NCBI RefSeq assembly: GCF_009914755.1
Contig: NC_060931.1
From: the human T2T-CHM13v2.0 reference genome, Homo sapiens
Reading direction: 5' to 3' (one strand)
DNA length: 64,000 nt
Program-made: the position numbers and the translations under genes
The notes under the pieces: model-generated
What the model was told of the DNA's origin: nothing
What the model saw: only the letters and a program-made list of their open reading frames with translations
Databases searched by the model: none
Shown here: piece after piece, positions 59,648 through 64,000 of the stretch
Position numbering within the stretch: position 1 is the stretch's first letter
Layout: each line of letters begins with the position of its first letter

Positions 59648-62600
59648 CTTTTTTTAAACTTTTATTTTAAGTTCAGGAGTAAATGTGCAGGTTTGTTATA
59701 TAGGTAAACTTGTGTCATGAAGGTGTGTTCTACAAATTATTTCATCACTGAAGTATTAAACCTAGTACCCATTCGTTATTTTTCCAAATCCTCTCCTTTC
59801 TCCCACCCTCTACCCTCTGATAGGCCCCAGTGTGTGTTGTTCTCTCTATGTGTCCATGTGTTCTCATCACTTAGCTACCACTTATAAGTGAGAACGTGCA
59901 TTATTTGGTTTTCTGTTCCTGCATTAATTTGCTAAGGATAATAGCCACCAGCTGCATACATGTTCCCGCAAAGGACATGATATCATTCTTTTTCATGGCT
60001 GCATAGTATTCCATGGTGTATATGTACCACATTTTCTTTATCCAGTCTATCATTGATTGGCATTTAGCTTGATTCCATGACTTTGCTATTGTGCATAGTG
60101 TTGTAATGAACATTCGTGTGCATGTGTCTTTAAAATAGAATGATTTATATTCCTTTGGGTATATAATCAGGAAAGGGATTGCCGGGTGAATGGCATTTCT
60201 GTTCTTAGGTCTTTAAGGAATTACCAATTACTGTCTTCCACAATGGATGAACTAATTTACACTCCCACCAACAATGTATAAGCATTTCTTTTTCTCTGCA
60301 ACCTTGCCAGCCTGTTATTTTTTGACTTTTTAACAGTAGCCATTCTGACTGACGTGAGATGGTATCTCATTTTGGTTTTAATTTGCATTTCTCTAATGAT
60401 CAGTGATATTGAGCTTTTTGTCATTTGATTCTTGGCCGCATGTATGTCTTCTTTTGAAAAATGTCTGTTCGTGTCCTTTGCCCACTTTTTTATGGGGCTG
60501 TTTTTTTTTTTGTAAATTTGTTTACAAGTTCCTATAGATAATGCTAGATATTAGACCTTTGTCAGATGCATAGTTTGCAAAAACTTTTTCCCATTCTATG
60601 GGTTCTCTGTTCACTCTGTTGATAGTTTCCCTTGCTGTGTAGAAGCTCTTTAGTTTAATTAGATCCCATTTGTCAATTTTTACTTTTGTTGCAATTGCTT
60701 TTCGTGTCTTTGACATGAAATCTTTGCTCATTTATATCTCCTGAATGGTATTGTCTATGTTGCCTTCCAGGGTTTTTATAGTTTTGAGTTTTACATTTAT
60801 GTCTTTAATCTATCTTGAGTTAATTTTGTATATGGCATAAGGAACTGGTTCAGTTTCAATCTTCTGCATATTGCTAGCCAGTTATCTCAGCACCATTTAT
60901 TGAATAGGGAATCCTTTCCGTATTGCTTGTTATGGTCATATTTGTTGAAGATCAGATGGCTGTAGGTGTGCAGCCTTATTTCTGGCCTTCCTATTCTGTT
61001 CTGTTGATCTATGTGTCTGTTTTTGTACCATTGCCATGCTGTTCTGGTTATTGTAGCCCTGTAGTATACTTTGAAGTCAGGTAGTGTGATGCCTCCAGCT
61101 TTGTTCTTTTGGCTTAGCAGTGCCTTGGTGATTCAGCTCTTTTTTGGTTCCCTATGAATTTTAAAATAGTTTTTCCAGTTTTGTGAAGAATCTCAATGGT
61201 AGTTTAATAGGAATAGCCCTGAATCTATAAATTGTTTTGGGTAGTATGGCCATTTTCATGATATTGATTATTCCTATCCATGAGCATGGAATGATTTTTC
61301 ATTTGTTTGTATCATCTCTGGCTTCTTTGAGCAGTGTTTTGTAGCTCTCCTTGTAGAGACCTTTCACTTCCCTGGTTAGCTGTAGTCCTAAGCATTTTAT
61401 TCTTTTTGTGATAGTTGTAAATGGGATTGTGGTCCTGATTTGGCTCTCAGATTGACTGTTATTGGTGGAAAGGAATGTTAGTGAATTTTGCACATTGATT
61501 TTGCATCCTGAGGCTTTGCTGAAGTTGTTTATCAGCTCAAGAAACTTTTGGAGTGGGACTATAGGCTTTTCTAGATATAGAATCATGTCGTCAACAAATA
61601 GAGATAGTTTGACTTCCTGTCTTCCTATTTGGATGCTCTTCACTTCTTTCTCTTGCCTGATTGTTCTCCTGGTCAGGACATCCAATACTATGTTGAATAA
61701 GAGTGGTGAGAGAGGACATTCTTTTCTTGTGATGGTTTTCAAGGTGACTGCTTCCAGCTTTTGCCCATGCAGTAGGATGTTGGCTGTGGGTTTTCCATAG
61801 ATGACTCTTATTATTTTGAAGTATGTTCCTTCAATGTCTATTTTATGGAGAGTTTCTAACATGAAGGGATGTTGAATTGTATCAAAAGCCTTTTCTGCCT
61901 TTATTGAGATAATCATGTGTTTTTTGTCTTTAGTTCTGTTTATGTGATGAATCACATTTATTGATTTGCATATGTTGAACCAACCTTGTATCCCAGGGAT
62001 AAAGCCAACTTGATCATGGTGAATAAGTTTTTGATGTGCTGCTGGGTTTCATTTGCCAGTATTTTGTTGAGGATTTTTTGCATTGATGTTCATCAAGAAT
62101 ATTGGCCTGAAGTTTTCTTTTTTTGGTTGTGCCTCTTCTAGGTTTTGGTATCAGGATGATGCTAGCCTTGTAGATGAGTTAGGGAGGAGTCCCTCCTCCT
62201 CAATTTTTTGAAATTGTTTCAACAAGAATGGTACCAGCTCTTTTTTGTATATCTGGTAGAATTCGGCTGTGAATCTGTCTGGTCCTGGGCTTTTTTGTTT
62301 GTTTGTTTGTTTGTTTTGTTAGTAGGCTATTTATTACTGACTCATTTTCAGAGCTCATCATTGGTCTGTTCAGGGATTCTATTTCTTCCTGGTTCAGTCT
62401 TAGGAGGGTGTATGTCTCCAGGAATTTATCCATTTCTTCTAGATTTTCTAGTTTATGTGCATAACGGTGTTCATAATATTATCTGATGGTGTTTGTATTT
62501 CTGTGGGGTCAGTGTAATATCCCCTTTGTCATTTCTAATTGAGTTTATTTGAATCTTCTCTTTTTTCTTCCTTATTAGTCTAGCTAGTGGTCTATTTTAT

Positions 62601-64000
62601 TAATTTTTTCAAAAAAACAGCTCCTGGTCAATCTCCTTCAGTTCAGCTCTGATTTTGGTTATTTCTTGTCTTCTGGTAGCTTTGAGATTTGTTTGCTCTT
62701 GGTTCTCTAGTGCTTTTAGTTGTGATGTTAGGTTGTTAACTTGAAATCTTTCTAACTTTTTGATGTGGGCATTTAGTGCTATAAATTTCCCTCTTAACAC
62801 TTCCTTAGCTGTGTTTCAGAGATTCTGATATGTTGTATCTTTGTTCTCATTAGTTTCAGAGAACTTCTTGATTTCTGCCTTAATTTCATTATTTACCCAA
62901 AAGTCATTCAGAAGCAAGTTATTCAATTTCCAAGTAATTGTATGGTTTTGAGGGAATTTCTTAGTCTTGATTTCTAATTTGATTGCACTGTGGTCAAAGA
63001 AATTGTTTTTTATGAATTCAGTTATTTTGTATTTGCTGAGGAGTGTTTTACTTCCAATTATGTGATCAATTTTATAGTATGTGCCATGTGATGATGAGAA
63101 GAATATATATCCTGTTGCTTTTGGATGGAGAGTTCTGTAGATACCTATCAGGTCCATTTGATCCAGTGCTGCGTTCAGGTCCTAAATATCTTTGTCAATT
63201 TTCTGTCTCTATGAGCTGTCTGATATTGTCAATATGTTAGACAACAGGGTGTTAAAATCTCCCTCTACTATTGTGTGAGTCTAAGTCTCTCTTTGTAGGT
63301 CTCTAAGAACTCGCTTTATGAATCTGGATGCTCCTGTATTGGGTGCGTATATGTTTAAGAAAGATAGCTTTTCCTGTTGACTTGAACCCTTTACCATTAT
63401 ATAATGTCCTTCTTTGTCTTTTTTTGTTTTTGTTGGTTTAAAGTCTGTTTTGTCAGAAACAAGGATTGCAATCCCTGTTTTTTTCTGTTTTCCATTGTCT
63501 TGGTAGACTTTTCTCCATCCCTTTATTTTGAGCCTATGTATGTCATTGCATGTAAAATGGGTCTCTTGAAGACAGCATACCAATGGGTCATAGTTCTTTT
63601 ATCCAGCTTCCAGTCTTTTAATTAGGGTATTTAGCCCATTTACTTTTAAGGTTAATGTTGATATGTATGAATTTGATCCTTCCATCATGATGTTAGTTGA
63701 TTATTTTGCTGACTTGTTTATGTGGTTGCTTTATAGTGTCACTGGTCTGTGTACTTCATTGTGTTTTGTAGGGGCTGGCAACAGTCTTTCCTTTCCATAT
63801 TTAGTGCTTCCTTCAGGAGCTCTTGTAAGTCACATCTGTTGGTAACAAATTCCCTCAGCATTTGCTTGTCTGGAAAGGATCTTATTTCTCTGCTTATGAA
63901 GCTTAGTTTAGCCAGATATGACATTCTGGTTTGGAATTTCTTGCCCCCAATCTCCTCTGGCTTGTAAAGTTTCTGCTGAGAGGTTCACTGTTTTGTTTTG
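59648..64000 (-). mobile_element. L1P (older primate L1PA/PB), 3' UTR, disrupted ORF2 and end of ORF1; continues off the right edge
   Basis: ORF fragments match L1 ORF2 EN (VCCLQETH, LNIYAPN), RT ([13 protein letters not shown], 61299-61955) and C-terminus (WYIYTMEYYAAMK), plus ORF1 C-terminus (63739-63924). Frameshifts and stops indicate a dead copy. Confidence 0.95.

Noticed and set aside
61299-61955. 218-aa reverse-transcriptase ORF as an active or domesticated gene
   Set aside because: A fragment of L1 ORF2 with frameshifts and stops on both sides.

Overview
Human (primate) genomic DNA from the TRPV5-LLCFC1-KEL cluster, which I recognise as chr7q34. It contains: (1) TRPV5 exons 1-8 on the minus strand (ATG at 14878; codons 1-374, ankyrin repeats to S1), with intron 8 running off the left edge; (2) the two-exon sperm-oocyte fusion gene LLCFC1/C7orf34 (mouse Sof1) on the plus strand (21037-21998); (3) the complete 19-exon KEL gene (Kell blood group M13 zinc endopeptidase) on the minus strand (43617-22663), whose exons sum to 2199 nt (732 aa + stop); (4) about 20 kb of repeat-rich intergenic DNA, with an old L1M interrupted by seven Alus and a Tigger, then an antisense L1P. 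All coding exon boundaries were read from GT/AG sites and stay in frame. I found no new gene system or prokaryote-like system. The best second-look items are structural: an ERV1 LTR inserted 20 nt from the KEL exon 5 acceptor that appears to have replaced the branch point; an LTR fragment with L1-retroposition hallmarks in KEL intron 6; a 49-bp tandem duplication that creates a second splice donor in LLCFC1; repeat-derived uORFs in the TRPV5 leader; and a solo LTR next to the KEL promoter. Repeat subfamily names come from memory of consensus sequences and need RepeatMasker confirmation.
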